Positions 40,097 to 50,127 of a DNA stretch of 64,000 nucleotides are shown in pieces; position 1 is the first letter of the stretch, and every line of letters starts with the position of its first letter. The stretch comes from Cytophagaceae bacterium (GTDB lineage Bacteria; Bacteroidota; Bacteroidia; Cytophagales; JAIYAX01). Under the pieces are notes generated by a model. It was not told the DNA's origin. It did no database searches and saw only the letters and a program-made list of their open reading frames with translations. Where the stretch lies: positions 65,198 to 129,197 of the forward strand of contig JAIYAX010000019.1 in assembly GCA_027488815.1 (NCBI GenBank), read 5' to 3'. The position numbers were made by a program, and so were the translations under genes.

Positions 40097-40885
40097 CTAG
40101 AGTCTTCCAAATACAATCACCAAGGTAATCAGGTTGACAAACACACCGAGCAAGGGCAAAATATCCCCGGTGATTCTCAAAGCCGTCCTGTCAACCGGTT
40201 CAATGTAAATGATGTCGTTTGGTTGAAGCTTGAGATGTGACTTTTTCATACCCTCAATGGTGCTCAAGTCAATTAATTGAACCGATGGATTTTTTAAATC
40301 CCCCCTGATCAATCGTATGCTTTTTACTCTGCCAAAGTCATTGGGGCCACCGCTTAATGCGAGCACTTCGATGAGGTTCATGTTTTCAAACGTGAGAGGG
40401 ATCACGGAATTTCTGGTTGCACCTAAAACAATCACTCTTCTGCTGTTTATTCGGGTGATCACAAAAGGGTCAGTATAAAACTGAAGATAGGCTTTAGCCA
40501 ACATGCTATCTACCTGATAAATGGCTAAGCCGGCTAGTTTTTGTTTGCCAATCAAAGGCAAAACGGCAAAGCCATCTGGTCTGATGACATAACTGGGGCG
40601 AAAATCCTGCTGCATCATCTGAGCTGCCTGTTGAAACTCAGGATCAGCAGCCGGGTCAATGATGCGCTCTCCCTTATTGGTGTATACATCAAACAGGATC
40701 ACATCACCCGGTATGAGGCGGTAGTTTTGTTCGGCTTCTTTTAAAGCTGTAATAAAAGCCTCTTCATTTACCGGACCTTCAGTCCTGAACATGATGCTTT
40801 GCCGATAGGTGTTACACGAGGCAAAGAAGAATAAGCAGGCAATTATAAAATAGCCCCTAAATCCTTTAAAACCTCCTTTTCTCAT
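40097..40885 (-). CDS. wza: Polysaccharide export outer-membrane lipoprotein (Wza family)
   Basis: ORF 40097..40897. Start MRKGGF at 40885 gives an ATGA overlap with the rfbC stop. Lipobox FFASC. Poly_export motif YRLIPGDVI and an SLBB-like region. Confidence 0.85.
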   Translation of the reverse strand: MRKGGFKGFRGYFIIACLFFFASCNTYRQSIMFRTEGPVNEEAFITALKEAEQNYRLIPGDVILFDVYTNKGERIIDPAADPEFQQAAQMMQQDFRPSYVIRPDGFAVLPLIGKQKLAGLAIYQVDSMLAKAYLQFYTDPFVITRINSRRVIVLGATRNSVIPLTFENMNLIEVLALSGGPNDFGRVKSIRLIRGDLKNPSVQLIDLSTIEGMKKSHLKLQPNDIIYIEPVDRTALRITGDILPLLGVFVNLITLVIVFGRL

Positions 40886-41430
40886 ATCAAGGACCATTTG
40901 CTGACAAACTCTTTAAAACTTGGTAGTTCCTGATCTTTCTCTGATACAAGCGGTTCTTTAATGCCCCAATCGATGTTCAGGTCAGGGTCGTTCCAGCGAA
41001 TACCACTTTCTGCCTGTTTGTTATAATTATTGGTGCATTTGTAGTAAAAAATACTGTCTTCCAACGCCACAAAGCCATGAGCAAAGCCTTCTGGCACCCA
41101 AAGAAGATTATTCTTTTCAGATGAAAGCAAAACCTTTTCATGCTGACCAAATGTTGCTGAGCCTGGTCTGAGGTCAACGACAACATCCAATACTTTCCCG
41201 GTCATCACTTTGACCAATTTGCCTTGTTCATAAGGAGGGAGCTGCAAATGCAAGCCCCTGATCACTCCCTTTTTTGAGAAGGATTGGTTGTCTTGAGGAA
41301 ACTGAGTAGGAAGGTCCAGCTTTTCGAACACTTTATCGTTAAACAACTCGAAGAAGTAACCCCTCTCATCCGCAAAAACCCTTGGTTGTACTTCAACTAG
41401 CCCCGCAATTGCGGTTGGAATAATCTGCAT
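40882..41430 (-). CDS. rfbC: dTDP-4-dehydrorhamnose 3,5-epimerase
   Basis: FADERGYFFE, RGLHLQ and PEGFAHGF motifs. Confidence 0.93.
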   Translation of the reverse strand: MQIIPTAIAGLVEVQPRVFADERGYFFELFNDKVFEKLDLPTQFPQDNQSFSKKGVIRGLHLQLPPYEQGKLVKVMTGKVLDVVVDLRPGSATFGQHEKVLLSSEKNNLLWVPEGFAHGFVALEDSIFYYKCTNNYNKQAESGIRWNDPDLNIDWGIKEPLVSEKDQELPSFKEFVSKWSLI

Positions 41431-41483
41431 GTACTGAATGTTTCGCTGGTAAAAGTAACATTATGCATGCAATTGACAGCCAT

Positions 41484-42593
41484 TTAACTCATGGCTAACT
41501 TTTTAATAACTTTAGTGTAAGCCTTAAAAACGATCTGCTCATCAAATTTTGCCTCAGCAATTTCCCGGCTCTGCCTTGCCATTTCCCTGAGTTCATCAGG
41601 TGTCTTCGAGGCCATTTCTTCCATGGCAGCGACTACGTGTTTGGTGCTGTAGGGTTCACAAAGAAGTCCGTTCTTCCCCTTTTGTACCACTTCACGACAA
41701 CCCGGCACATCAGTGGTGATGATAGGTCTCGCAAATGCTGCTGCTTCCAAGAGGGATCTTGGTGTCCCTTCCCGATAGCTAGGCAAAACTACGATATGAG
41801 CCTCATTCATGCTTTGCTCAATACGATCTGTCGGGTCTTTCCAAATCAAAGCTCCGCTCGCCTCCCACTTTTTCAATGTCTCAAAAGGAATACCTGCTTT
41901 GCTATCAAAATCTGTAAAACCCTGAAGTACAAACTCATGTGTATAGCCTTTAGCCTTCATTTCCATGGCTGCCTCAGCAAAATGATGAGCTCCTTTATCA
42001 TAAAGGATGCGGCTGGCCATCAAAAACCGGTAAGGAGGCCCGGGCGGCAAGGGTAAAGGACGGAGTTTTTCCAGATTAATGCCGGAGCCGGGAAGCAAAC
42101 TGCATTTGGATGGGTTTACCAGCTTCTTCGATTGGAACAATCGTAGATCATCTTCATTTTGAAAAAAAACATGTTTTGTAAACCGAAGAGAAAAGCGATA
42201 AAGCCATTGTGCAAGCATGGAACTTAATCGCTGGTGAAGGAATACCGTGCCTAAACCTGAGATGTTTGAAACCGCCGGCAATCCCAAAGTAGCGGCTGCG
42301 AGAGTGCCATAAATATTGGGCTTGATGGTGTAGTGAAGAAGCAGCTCAGGTTTATAGGCTTTGTAGATCGATCTAAGTCTAAGGAACAAAGCCAAATCGT
42401 TGGTGACAGAAGTCCCCTTGTTGTCCATTTTGCAGGACACATACTGACAGCCTGGCTTAATCAATCGCTCACTGTATCCATCTTCAGGTGCAATGGCCAA
42501 CACTTCATGCCCCTGTGCAATCAGGTAGTCAATGAGGCCCATTCTGAAGTTCCAGATGTTCCAGGAAGTATTGATGACAATGGCGATACGCAT
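41484..42593 (-). CDS. Glycosyltransferase family 4 (GT-B, group 1)
   Basis: ORF 41484..42650, likely start MRIAIVINT at 42593. Contains the C-terminal EGTPRSLLEAAAFARPIITTDVPGCRE (E-x7-E region). Confidence 0.8.
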   Translation of the reverse strand: MRIAIVINTSWNIWNFRMGLIDYLIAQGHEVLAIAPEDGYSERLIKPGCQYVSCKMDNKGTSVTNDLALFLRLRSIYKAYKPELLLHYTIKPNIYGTLAAATLGLPAVSNISGLGTVFLHQRLSSMLAQWLYRFSLRFTKHVFFQNEDDLRLFQSKKLVNPSKCSLLPGSGINLEKLRPLPLPPGPPYRFLMASRILYDKGAHHFAEAAMEMKAKGYTHEFVLQGFTDFDSKAGIPFETLKKWEASGALIWKDPTDRIEQSMNEAHIVVLPSYREGTPRSLLEAAAFARPIITTDVPGCREVVQKGKNGLLCEPYSTKHVVAAMEEMASKTPDELREMARQSREIAEAKFDEQIVFKAYTKVIKKLAMS

Positions 42594-42682
42594 CCGGGGC
42601 GAATTACGTTGTTCTTTGAACAGAGGACAAAACTTCCTATTTTTTTGCAACTTCGCCGCCTATTTTAGAACAGGTATAACAG

Positions 42683-43882
42683 ATGGGTACAATGATCCAA
42701 ACAGCAAAAAGGCCGGAAACGGCCATCCTGATCACGGTGATCAGGAAAAACAGCTCTTTGGAACAAGCCGCAGACTATTTGACTGAGCTTGAGTTTCTGG
42801 CTACAACAGCTGGCATTGTTTGCAAAAACAGGTTTATACAGCGATTGGAGCACCCTGACATTGCTACCTTCATTGGTACCGGAAAACTAGAAGAAGTAAA
42901 AGCCTACATTACAGAAGAGCACATTGACCTGGCCATCTTCGATGATGATCTTTCTCCTTCGCAGGTACGCAATCTTGAAAAAGAATTGAAAGTGGTGATC
43001 TATGACCGCAGCCTTCTCATTCTGGATATATTTTTACTCAGAGCCAAAACAGCACAGGCCCGGACGCAGGTAGAGTTAGCCCGCTACCAATATCTTTTAC
43101 CAAGATTAAGAGGTATGTGGACACACTTGGAAAGGCAGAGAGGTGGTACAGGAACAAGAGGTGGTGCCGGTGAAAAAGAAATCGAAACTGACCGCAGAAT
43201 TGTCAAAGAAAGTATCCGGCTTCTTAAGGAGCGTTTGGATAAAATCGATAAGCAAAGCATCACCCAAAGAAAAAACAGGGATAAAGTCGTGAGGGTGGCA
43301 TTAGTCGGCTATACCAATGTGGGTAAAAGCACCTTGATGAACGTGTTGTCAAAAGCAGATGTATTTGCTGAAAACAAGCTCTTTGCGACGGTCGATTCCA
43401 CCGTGAGAAAAGTAGTACTTCAGGGAATTCCTTTTTTACTGACAGATACGGTTGGTTTTATCCGAAAACTACCTCATAGCCTGATCGAGTGCTTCAAATC
43501 AACACTGGATGAGGTAAGAGAGGCAGATGTTTTGCTACATGTAGTTGACCTTTCGCATCCGTCTTTTGAAGACCATATCGAAGTGGTTCATCAAACCCTG
43601 ACAGAGATCGGGGCTGGTGATAAGCCGATTCTTCTGGTGTTTAACAAGATCGATTCGTACATCGAGGAAAACGAGGACACTGATGTTTCTCCACTTGAGT
43701 TGCTCAAAAACTCTTATCTGAACAATCCTGCAAAAAGCCTCGTGTTCATTTCTGCAAAAGAAAAAACAAACCTTCAGGAGTTAAGGCAAAAGATGGTGGA
43801 GTTGATTTATCCCAGACACATGGAAATTTATCCAAACTACGTTTGGCCTGAGGGTTTTGCCAGCTTTGGTGAAAAGCCCTAG
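42683..43882 (+). CDS. hflX: GTPase HflX
   Basis: HflX N-domain, RGGTGTRGGAGEKEIE, G1 GYTNVGKST, G3 DTVGF, G4 NKID. Confidence 0.95.
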   Translation: MGTMIQTAKRPETAILITVIRKNSSLEQAADYLTELEFLATTAGIVCKNRFIQRLEHPDIATFIGTGKLEEVKAYITEEHIDLAIFDDDLSPSQVRNLEKELKVVIYDRSLLILDIFLLRAKTAQARTQVELARYQYLLPRLRGMWTHLERQRGGTGTRGGAGEKEIETDRRIVKESIRLLKERLDKIDKQSITQRKNRDKVVRVALVGYTNVGKSTLMNVLSKADVFAENKLFATVDSTVRKVVLQGIPFLLTDTVGFIRKLPHSLIECFKSTLDEVREADVLLHVVDLSHPSFEDHIEVVHQTLTEIGAGDKPILLVFNKIDSYIEENEDTDVSPLELLKNSYLNNPAKSLVFISAKEKTNLQELRQKMVELIYPRHMEIYPNYVWPEGFASFGEKP

Positions 43883-43904
43883 TTTTGCGTTTCAAAAAAA
43901 ATTT

Positions 43905-43976
43905 GGTCTCATAGTTCAACGGATAGAATAGAAGTTTCCTAAACTTTAGATCCAAGTTCGATTCTTGGTGAGACCA
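43905..43976 (+). tRNA. tRNA-Arg (anticodon CCT)
   Basis: Hand-folded cloverleaf. Acceptor GGTCTCA/TGAGACC, D-stem GTTC/GAAT, anticodon stem GAAGT/ACTTT with loop TTCCTAA, T-arm CCAAG-TTCGATT-CTTGG. No encoded CCA. Confidence 0.85.
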
Positions 43977-43977
43977 C

Positions 43978-44006
43978 AAAAAAGCCCTCTTTCGGGCTTT
44001 TTTTAT
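43978..44006 (+). terminator. Rho-independent terminator after tRNA-Arg
   Basis: Stem AAGCCC/GGGCTT with loop TCTTTC, followed by a T run. Confidence 0.8.
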
Positions 44007-44098
44007 TTGTAAGAATGAGTGCTCTTCGTCGAGATCAATTGGTTGAAAAAAATTCTCTAAACAATTGGCATTCAGTATTGTTATATCGAAAAAACTGT

Positions 44099-44317
44099 AT
44101 GTCACGCTACTCCGTTCTTATCGCAACTGTTTATCTTCTGGTTTACACCTTTTTACCATTTAGTCCGCTTTCCAAAGGCTTGTTTATCCTCATGTTTTCA
44201 TTGTCTCCTTTAGTTGTGATCTACATGGTTTACAATGTGTTAAAATTCGGAAAATCACCAAGCCAGACATTTGATGATCAGTTTTATACTGACGCCGACT
44301 TCAAACCGGACAAATAG
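44099..44317 (+). CDS. Small two-TM hypothetical membrane protein
   Basis: ORF 44015..44317. The 5' part overlaps the terminator, so the ATG at 44099 (MSRYSVLIATVYLLVY..) is more plausible. Confidence 0.45.
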   Translation: MSRYSVLIATVYLLVYTFLPFSPLSKGLFILMFSLSPLVVIYMVYNVLKFGKSPSQTFDDQFYTDADFKPDK

Positions 44318-44364
44318 AAACATCAACGTTAAAATCACTAGATTTCAGGCTTTGCACGACACGC

Positions 44365-45315
44365 ATGCCTGAAGCCATCACATTTGATTTAGAGTCATTC
44401 CCTCTGGGTAGCAAAGGAAGTTTGGTCATCAATTTAGCCATGCTTGCTTCCCGAACACCCATTGAAATACCCCTTTTTATCTTTCGGGGAGCACAAGAGG
44501 GGCCTGTTGTCCTTCTCATGGCCGGTATGCATGGTGATGAAGTAAATGGTACCGAAATCATCCGTCGTCTGATCAATGAAAACCTGATCAACCTCGAAAA
44601 AGGTGCGGTGATCGCTTTGCCTTTATTAAACATCTACGGCTTTATCAATTTTGCCAGGTATGTCCCTGACGGTAAAGATGTTAATCGCTCATTTCCTGGT
44701 ACATCTCTTGGCTCTCTTGCGAGCAGAATGGCTCATTTTGTCACTCATCAGGTGCTTCCTAAAATAGATTTCGGGATTGATTTTCACACCGGTGGAGGAA
44801 TGATTTACAATTACCCCCAGATCCGATGTGTTTTTGACAATCCCCTCAATCTTGATTTGGCCAATGCCTTTCACCCACCAATGATTATCAATGCCTCTTT
44901 ACGTGAAAAATCTTTGAGAGAACAGGCTACCAAAGCAGGCAAAACCATCCTGGTGTATGAAGCAGGTGAGTCAATGCGTTTTGACGAGTATTCGATCGAG
45001 GAAGGTATCAATGGCACCCTACGTTTTTTATCCCATTTGGGTCTCATCAGCCCGATAGCCTCTGTTCCTGCTAAAAAACCCATTCTCATTCATCAGGACA
45101 ACTGGATCAGAGCGCTTCAATCTGGATTTTTTCATCCTACCACCAAGCCCGGTGACCCACTTCACAAAGGCCAACTCATAGGCTACCTAAGTGACCCTGA
45201 TGGATCCGATAAGGACGATGTTTTTTCACCTTATGAAGGATATGTCATCTCGGTGAACCATATGCCTGTAGTCAATGTAGGCGATGCGTTGGTGCATATT
45301 GGTAAAAGTGTCTGA
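44365..45315 (+). CDS. Succinylglutamate desuccinylase/aspartoacylase family (M14-like) zinc hydrolase
   Basis: LMAGMHGDEVNG zinc-ligand motif and DFHTGG, about 316 aa. Confidence 0.75.
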   Translation: MPEAITFDLESFPLGSKGSLVINLAMLASRTPIEIPLFIFRGAQEGPVVLLMAGMHGDEVNGTEIIRRLINENLINLEKGAVIALPLLNIYGFINFARYVPDGKDVNRSFPGTSLGSLASRMAHFVTHQVLPKIDFGIDFHTGGGMIYNYPQIRCVFDNPLNLDLANAFHPPMIINASLREKSLREQATKAGKTILVYEAGESMRFDEYSIEEGINGTLRFLSHLGLISPIASVPAKKPILIHQDNWIRALQSGFFHPTTKPGDPLHKGQLIGYLSDPDGSDKDDVFSPYEGYVISVNHMPVVNVGDALVHIGKSV

Positions 45316-45317
45316 TC

Positions 45318-46118
45318 ATGCTGAAAATCAAGTTTTTTAAATACGAAGGCACAGGCAATGACTTCATCATGATTCATGATCCTGAAAAGGACATCGAAAA
45401 AAAGCTAACAGAAAAAACCATCGCTTATTGGTGTCATCGTCGATTTGGGATTGGCGCAGATGGATTGATCCTGATCCAACCCGAGTCAGGGTTTGACTTT
45501 CGAATGGTCTACTTCAATGCAGACGGCAGACAAAGCAGTATGTGTGGGAACGGAGGGCGCTGCGCTGCCTACTTTGCCCAAAAGTTGGGTATTTGCGGGG
45601 ATCATGTGCGATTTGTTGCTATTGACGGACCTCATGCTGCCGAAATTGAGGCTGAACAGGTTCATCTGGGTATGATCGATGTTCATGAAATCCAAATACA
45701 ACCACAAGGACACATCGAACTTAATACCGGCTCCCCCCATCTGATTGTTTGGTCTGATCAGTTGGACCAACTAGATGTTGAATCTGAGGGCAGAACGATC
45801 AGGTATTCAGCACCTTATCAAAAAGAAGGCATTAATGTGAACTTTTCAGAAGCCTGTGGAGCAAATGAGCTGAAAATCCGCACCTACGAACGAGGTGTGG
45901 AAGCAGAAACACTTTCTTGTGGCACCGGCGTAACGGCTGCTGCCATTGCAGCAGCCGTTTCCAAAGGTTATACCTCTCCTGTAAACATCAAAACACCGGG
46001 AGGGGAGTTACAAATCTCATTTGAAAGGCAGGGAAATAGCTTCACCTCAATCGTTTTGAAAGGGCCTGTGAAAGAAGTCTACAGTGGCGAGATCATGCCT
46101 GATTGGCAGAGATCTTAG
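45318..46118 (+). CDS. dapF: Diaminopimelate epimerase
   Basis: KYEGTGNDF, and both catalytic Cys motifs SMCGNGGRC and LSCGTGVTA. Confidence 0.95.
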   Translation: MLKIKFFKYEGTGNDFIMIHDPEKDIEKKLTEKTIAYWCHRRFGIGADGLILIQPESGFDFRMVYFNADGRQSSMCGNGGRCAAYFAQKLGICGDHVRFVAIDGPHAAEIEAEQVHLGMIDVHEIQIQPQGHIELNTGSPHLIVWSDQLDQLDVESEGRTIRYSAPYQKEGINVNFSEACGANELKIRTYERGVEAETLSCGTGVTAAAIAAAVSKGYTSPVNIKTPGGELQISFERQGNSFTSIVLKGPVKEVYSGEIMPDWQRS

Positions 46119-46263
46119 GCTCTATTCCTGACGCTTGTGCTGAACCCTGCCTTTGGCAAGATGGTTGCAGTTTAAAATCGGCTCTGCCTCAATGCTATTT
46201 TTTCAAGTGCATTGTGCTTATTCCATTAATTTTAAGCCCTCATCCTTTCCTACCTGCATCAGC

Positions 46264-49200
46264 ATGTTTGAATTCATCAATAAAGCCCTCGCCTCAGTAT
46301 TTGGCAGCAAATCAGAGCGTGATATCAAAGAAATATTGCCCTATGTCACCCAAACCAATACAGAATGGCAACGGCTGACAAAACTTAGTGCCGATCAGCT
46401 GCGTGCTGAGACTTTCAGCTTAAAGGAAAAGATTAAAGCCGGGCTTCAGGACATTCATCAACAACTCGCTGACCTTGAAAAGCAAGCTGAAAATCCAGAG
46501 ATAGACCTCAACGAAAAGGAAAAATTATTTGGCCAAATTGACCTTCTTCAAAAGGAGAAACTTACAATTATTGAAAGCTTACTCCTTGACATGCTGCCAG
46601 TTGCTTTTGCGATCGTCAAAGAAACCGCCCGACGTTTCAAGGAAAATGACAGCATCAGGGTAAAAGCCCTTGATTATGACAGGGCATTGGCCTTAACCCG
46701 TGACCATATTAGCATCGAAGGTGATGAGGCGGTCTGGAAAAACAGATGGGGAGCGGCTGGAAATGAAATCACCTGGGACATGGTACACTACGATGTGCAG
46801 CTCATTGGTGGAGTTGCCCTTCACAAAGGTAAAATTGCGGAGATGGCTACGGGAGAGGGTAAAACGCTGGTTGCGACTTTACCTGCTTTTTTAAATGCCT
46901 TGGCGGGTGAAGGAGTTCATATCGTGACGGTAAATGACTACCTGGCCAAACGTGACTCGGAATGGATGGGGCCGATTTATGAGTTTCATGGTCTCAAAGT
47001 GGATTGCATTGACAAACATGAACCCAATAGCGATCGCAGGAAACAGGCCTATCAGGCAGATATAACTTTTGGAACAAACAATGAATTTGGTTTTGACTAC
47101 CTGAGAGACAATGGAGCCCGATCGCCGGAAGAATTGGTGCAGCGAAAGCATCATTTTGCAATGGTTGATGAGGTTGACTCCGTGCTTATCGATGATGCCC
47201 GAACCCCTCTGATCATTTCTGGTCCGGTGCCAAGGGGTGATCGGCATGAGTTCCAGGAACTCAAACCCCGTGTTTTTAAACTTGTTGAAGAGCAAAAAAA
47301 GCTGGTGAGTGAATTCCTCATTCAAGCCAAAAAAGACATTCAGGCAGGCAATGAAAAAGAAGGAGGTCTGGCCCTTTTCCGTGCACACCGAGGCTTACCC
47401 AAGTACAAGCCTCTCATCAAGTTTCTAAGTGAAACTGGGATGAAAGCCCTGCTTCAAAAAACTGAAAATATTTATCTGGAAGATAATCAACGCCGGATGC
47501 CGGAGGCAGATGAGCCTTTGTTTTTCACAATTGATGAGCGAAATAACAGTATCGAGCTTACTGAAAAGGGAGTAGACCTGATTACCGGGGCTGGTGAAGA
47601 CCCCCATTTTTTCATTTTACCCGATATCGGTACCGAGCTCAACGCCCTGGAGCAGGACAAATCGCTGGACGGCCGATCTAGATCCGAGAAAAAGGAAAAA
47701 CTAATCCAGGATTATCACCAGAAATCAGAGCGAATCCACACCGTCAATCAACTCCTTAAAGCCTACACTCTGTTTGAAAAAGATGTAGACTACATCATCG
47801 TAGAGTCCAAGGTGAAGATTGTCGATGAACAAACCGGTAGGGTGATGGAAGGACGCCGCTATTCCGATGGGTTGCATCAAGCACTGGAAGCGAAGGAAAA
47901 CGTTAAGGTGGAGGATGCCACCCAGACCTATGCCACCATTACCCTACAGAACTATTTCCGCATGTACCACAAACTGGCTGGTATGACTGGTACTGCCGAG
48001 ACAGAGGCCGGAGAGTTCTGGGAAATCTATAAGCTGGATGTAGTCGTCATCCCTACCAACAAAACCATTGTGCGTGAAGATCGGGAGGACCTGGTTTACA
48101 AAACGATGCGGGAGAAATTTAATGCTGTGGTGGATGAAATTGTCACCTTAACCCAGCAGGGTCGTCCTGTGCTGGTGGGTACTACTTCAGTTGAGATTTC
48201 AGAGCTGCTCAGCAGGATGCTCAACTTGCGCAAAATCAAACATCAGGTATTGAATGCCAAGCTTCACCAAAAGGAAGCAGAAATCGTTGCAGAGGCTGGT
48301 AAGTCAGGTACTGTCACCATTGCTACCAACATGGCAGGTCGTGGTACAGATATCAAGCTAAGCCCTGAAAGTAAGGCAGCAGGTGGTCTGGCAATTATTG
48401 GTACAGAGCGACATGAAAGCCGCAGGGTCGACAGGCAGTTAAGGGGCCGATCAGGTCGTCAGGGTGATCCCGGGTCTACCCAGTTCTTTGTCTCTCTAGA
48501 AGATAACCTTATGAGGCTTTTCGGATCAGATCGTATCGCACGACTGATGGACCGTATGGGATTAAAGGAAGGTGAGGTGATCCAGCACAGCATGATTACC
48601 AAATCGATCGAAAGAGCTCAGAAAAAAGTTGAGGAGAATAACTTCAGTATTCGTAAGCGATTGCTTGAATATGACGACGTCATGAATTCACAGCGTGAAG
48701 TGGTGTACAAAAGGAGACGTAATGCCCTTTTTGGAGACAGGCTTGAGCTCGATGTGCTCAACATGCTCTACGACACCACCGATGAAATTGTGACGTCAGC
48801 CAAATCAGGAGGAACGTATGAGGAAATGAAGTTTGCCTTTTTGGAGCAACTATCGATTGAGCCTGAGATCAGTCAGGAGGAATTTAACTCAGCTAAGCAG
48901 GAAGCCTTAACGCATAAACTCTATGAGCAAGTGCTTGAGCACTACAGGCTGCACGGTAAATCGTTGGCTACTAAAGTGGTGCCTGTATTTGATGACATTT
49001 ACAAAACGAGGGGTGCAACAGTAGAAAATGTGGTGGTACCCATCAGCGATGGGGTAAAACAGATTGCAGTAGTTGCACCTTTGAAAAAAACGCTTGACAC
49101 CTCCGGCCAGGAAATGGTAAGAAGCCTGGAAAAAAGCGTGAGTCTTGCCTTCATAGATAATGCCTGGAGAGAGCATCTGAGGGCCATGGATGACTTAAAG

Positions 49201-49617
49201 CAATCGGTGCAAAATGCCGCCTATGAACAAAAAGACCCCTTGCTGATCTATAAGTTTGAAGGATTCAACCTGTTTAAATCTTTTGTTTCTGATCTGAACA
49301 AGCAAATCATTAGCTTTTTAAGCAGGGCAGGCGTTCAGGTTCAGCAAGCCGATGACATCCGAGAGGCTAGAAAAGAAAGAAGAAGTGTTCAAACCAAGGA
49401 ACAGAAGGCTGACATGGGCTCTTTGTTAAGTGGCCCAGCTCAAACGCCAAGTCAGGAAAGCACGGTAAAACCACAGCCAGTTAAATCCTCCAAAGTCTGG
49501 GGACGTAACGATAAAGTAACCGTTCAGTACAATGATGGGCGGGTGATGAAAGATGTGAAGTATAAATCTGTAGAAGATGATGTCCTCAACAGCCGCTGTG
49601 TGGTCATCGATAGCTAG
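46264..49617 (+). CDS. secA: Preprotein translocase ATPase SecA
   Basis: ORF 46153..49617. The canonical N-terminus [20 protein letters not shown] is at 46264. Also [10 protein letters not shown] and [19 protein letters not shown]. Confidence 0.97.
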   Translation: MFEFINKALASVFGSKSERDIKEILPYVTQTNTEWQRLTKLSADQLRAETFSLKEKIKAGLQDIHQQLADLEKQAENPEIDLNEKEKLFGQIDLLQKEKLTIIESLLLDMLPVAFAIVKETARRFKENDSIRVKALDYDRALALTRDHISIEGDEAVWKNRWGAAGNEITWDMVHYDVQLIGGVALHKGKIAEMATGEGKTLVATLPAFLNALAGEGVHIVTVNDYLAKRDSEWMGPIYEFHGLKVDCIDKHEPNSDRRKQAYQADITFGTNNEFGFDYLRDNGARSPEELVQRKHHFAMVDEVDSVLIDDARTPLIISGPVPRGDRHEFQELKPRVFKLVEEQKKLVSEFLIQAKKDIQAGNEKEGGLALFRAHRGLPKYKPLIKFLSETGMKALLQKTENIYLEDNQRRMPEADEPLFFTIDERNNSIELTEKGVDLITGAGEDPHFFILPDIGTELNALEQDKSLDGRSRSEKKEKLIQDYHQKSERIHTVNQLLKAYTLFEKDVDYIIVESKVKIVDEQTGRVMEGRRYSDGLHQALEAKENVKVEDATQTYATITLQNYFRMYHKLAGMTGTAETEAGEFWEIYKLDVVVIPTNKTIVREDREDLVYKTMREKFNAVVDEIVTLTQQGRPVLVGTTSVEISELLSRMLNLRKIKHQVLNAKLHQKEAEIVAEAGKSGTVTIATNMAGRGTDIKLSPESKAAGGLAIIGTERHESRRVDRQLRGRSGRQGDPGSTQFFVSLEDNLMRLFGSDRIARLMDRMGLKEGEVIQHSMITKSIERAQKKVEENNFSIRKRLLEYDDVMNSQREVVYKRRRNALFGDRLELDVLNMLYDTTDEIVTSAKSGGTYEEMKFAFLEQLSIEPEISQEEFNSAKQEALTHKLYEQVLEHYRLHGKSLATKVVPVFDDIYKTRGATVENVVVPISDGVKQIAVVAPLKKTLDTSGQEMVRSLEKSVSLAFIDNAWREHLRAMDDLKQSVQNAAYEQKDPLLIYKFEGFNLFKSFVSDLNKQIISFLSRAGVQVQQADDIREARKERRSVQTKEQKADMGSLLSGPAQTPSQESTVKPQPVKSSKVWGRNDKVTVQYNDGRVMKDVKYKSVEDDVLNSRCVVIDS

Positions 49618-50125
49618 GCTCCTCCTTCTGGCTGGGATTCTTAGTGCCTGTGCCGGTGCTAAAAAGGGAAACTCGTCTGCCGGAGACTCTTCTATTTATC
49701 AGGAAGATCTGAGTGCCTGGGGGCCGGCAGTGCTAAAGGAAAAGCCTTCAGAACAAAAAAATACAGAGGAGCCAACCCAATCTCTTGAAGCACCTTCTAC
49801 TCTGGTTGATCATGGAACCCAAATCGAACAAGTGCTGGACAGCTTGCGGCAATGGAATCGAAGGATCAAGTTTATTCAAGGATACCGGCTTTTGATTTAC
49901 AATGGAAAAGACAGGGATATGGCCAATCAGGCGAAAGGATTTATCTATACCTACTTTCCGCAGGCTCCTGTGTGGACCGAGTACAAGCAACCCTACTTCA
50001 AAGTCAAAGTAGGCAACTACATTCAGCGAATTGAGGCACAAGGCATGCTTGCACTGCTCAGAAAGAACTACCCTCAGGTCATACTGGTGCCTGAGCAAAT
50101 CAAAATCGCTGAATTATTACCCTAG
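49577..50125 (+). CDS. SPOR-domain lipoprotein
   Basis: Lipobox ILSAC. The C-terminal SPOR-like region is [38 protein letters not shown]. The start (ATG 49577 or GTG 49598) must lie inside the secA 3' end. Confidence 0.7.
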   Translation: MMSSTAAVWSSIARLLLLAGILSACAGAKKGNSSAGDSSIYQEDLSAWGPAVLKEKPSEQKNTEEPTQSLEAPSTLVDHGTQIEQVLDSLRQWNRRIKFIQGYRLLIYNGKDRDMANQAKGFIYTYFPQAPVWTEYKQPYFKVKVGNYIQRIEAQGMLALLRKNYPQVILVPEQIKIAELLP

Positions 50126-50127
50126 CT

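Noticed and set aside
43746-44105. A 119-aa minus-strand ORF spanning the hflX 3' end, the tRNA-Arg and its terminator.
   Set aside because: It overlaps a well-folding tRNA and a terminator hairpin, and no family was recognised. It is spurious.
43905-44364. tRNA-Arg as an integration hotspot for a genomic island.
   Set aside because: There is no integrase, no direct repeat of the tRNA 3' end that I could find downstream, and no mobility genes. The following genes (AstE-like, dapF, secA) are core.
46153-46263. A 37-codon N-terminal extension of secA proposed by the longest-ORF rule. The analogous extensions are 2969-3025, 12632-12652, 17313-17360, 42594-42650, 44015-44098, 51308-51385 and 62746-62784.
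   Set aside because: The canonical conserved N-termini or signal peptides begin at internal ATGs. The extensions start at TTG/GTG, or they overlap upstream genes or terminators.
46891-47388. A 165-aa antisense ORF inside secA. Similar antisense or alternate-frame ORFs occur inside glmS (16157-16582), the GT4 gene (41637-42056), the TPR gene (35136-35495), the SPOR gene (49748-50098) and sucA/sucB.
   Set aside because: All are embedded in genes with strong, full-length family signatures on the other frame. Their translated sequences show no recognisable motifs and have odd composition. They are most simply explained as chance open frames.
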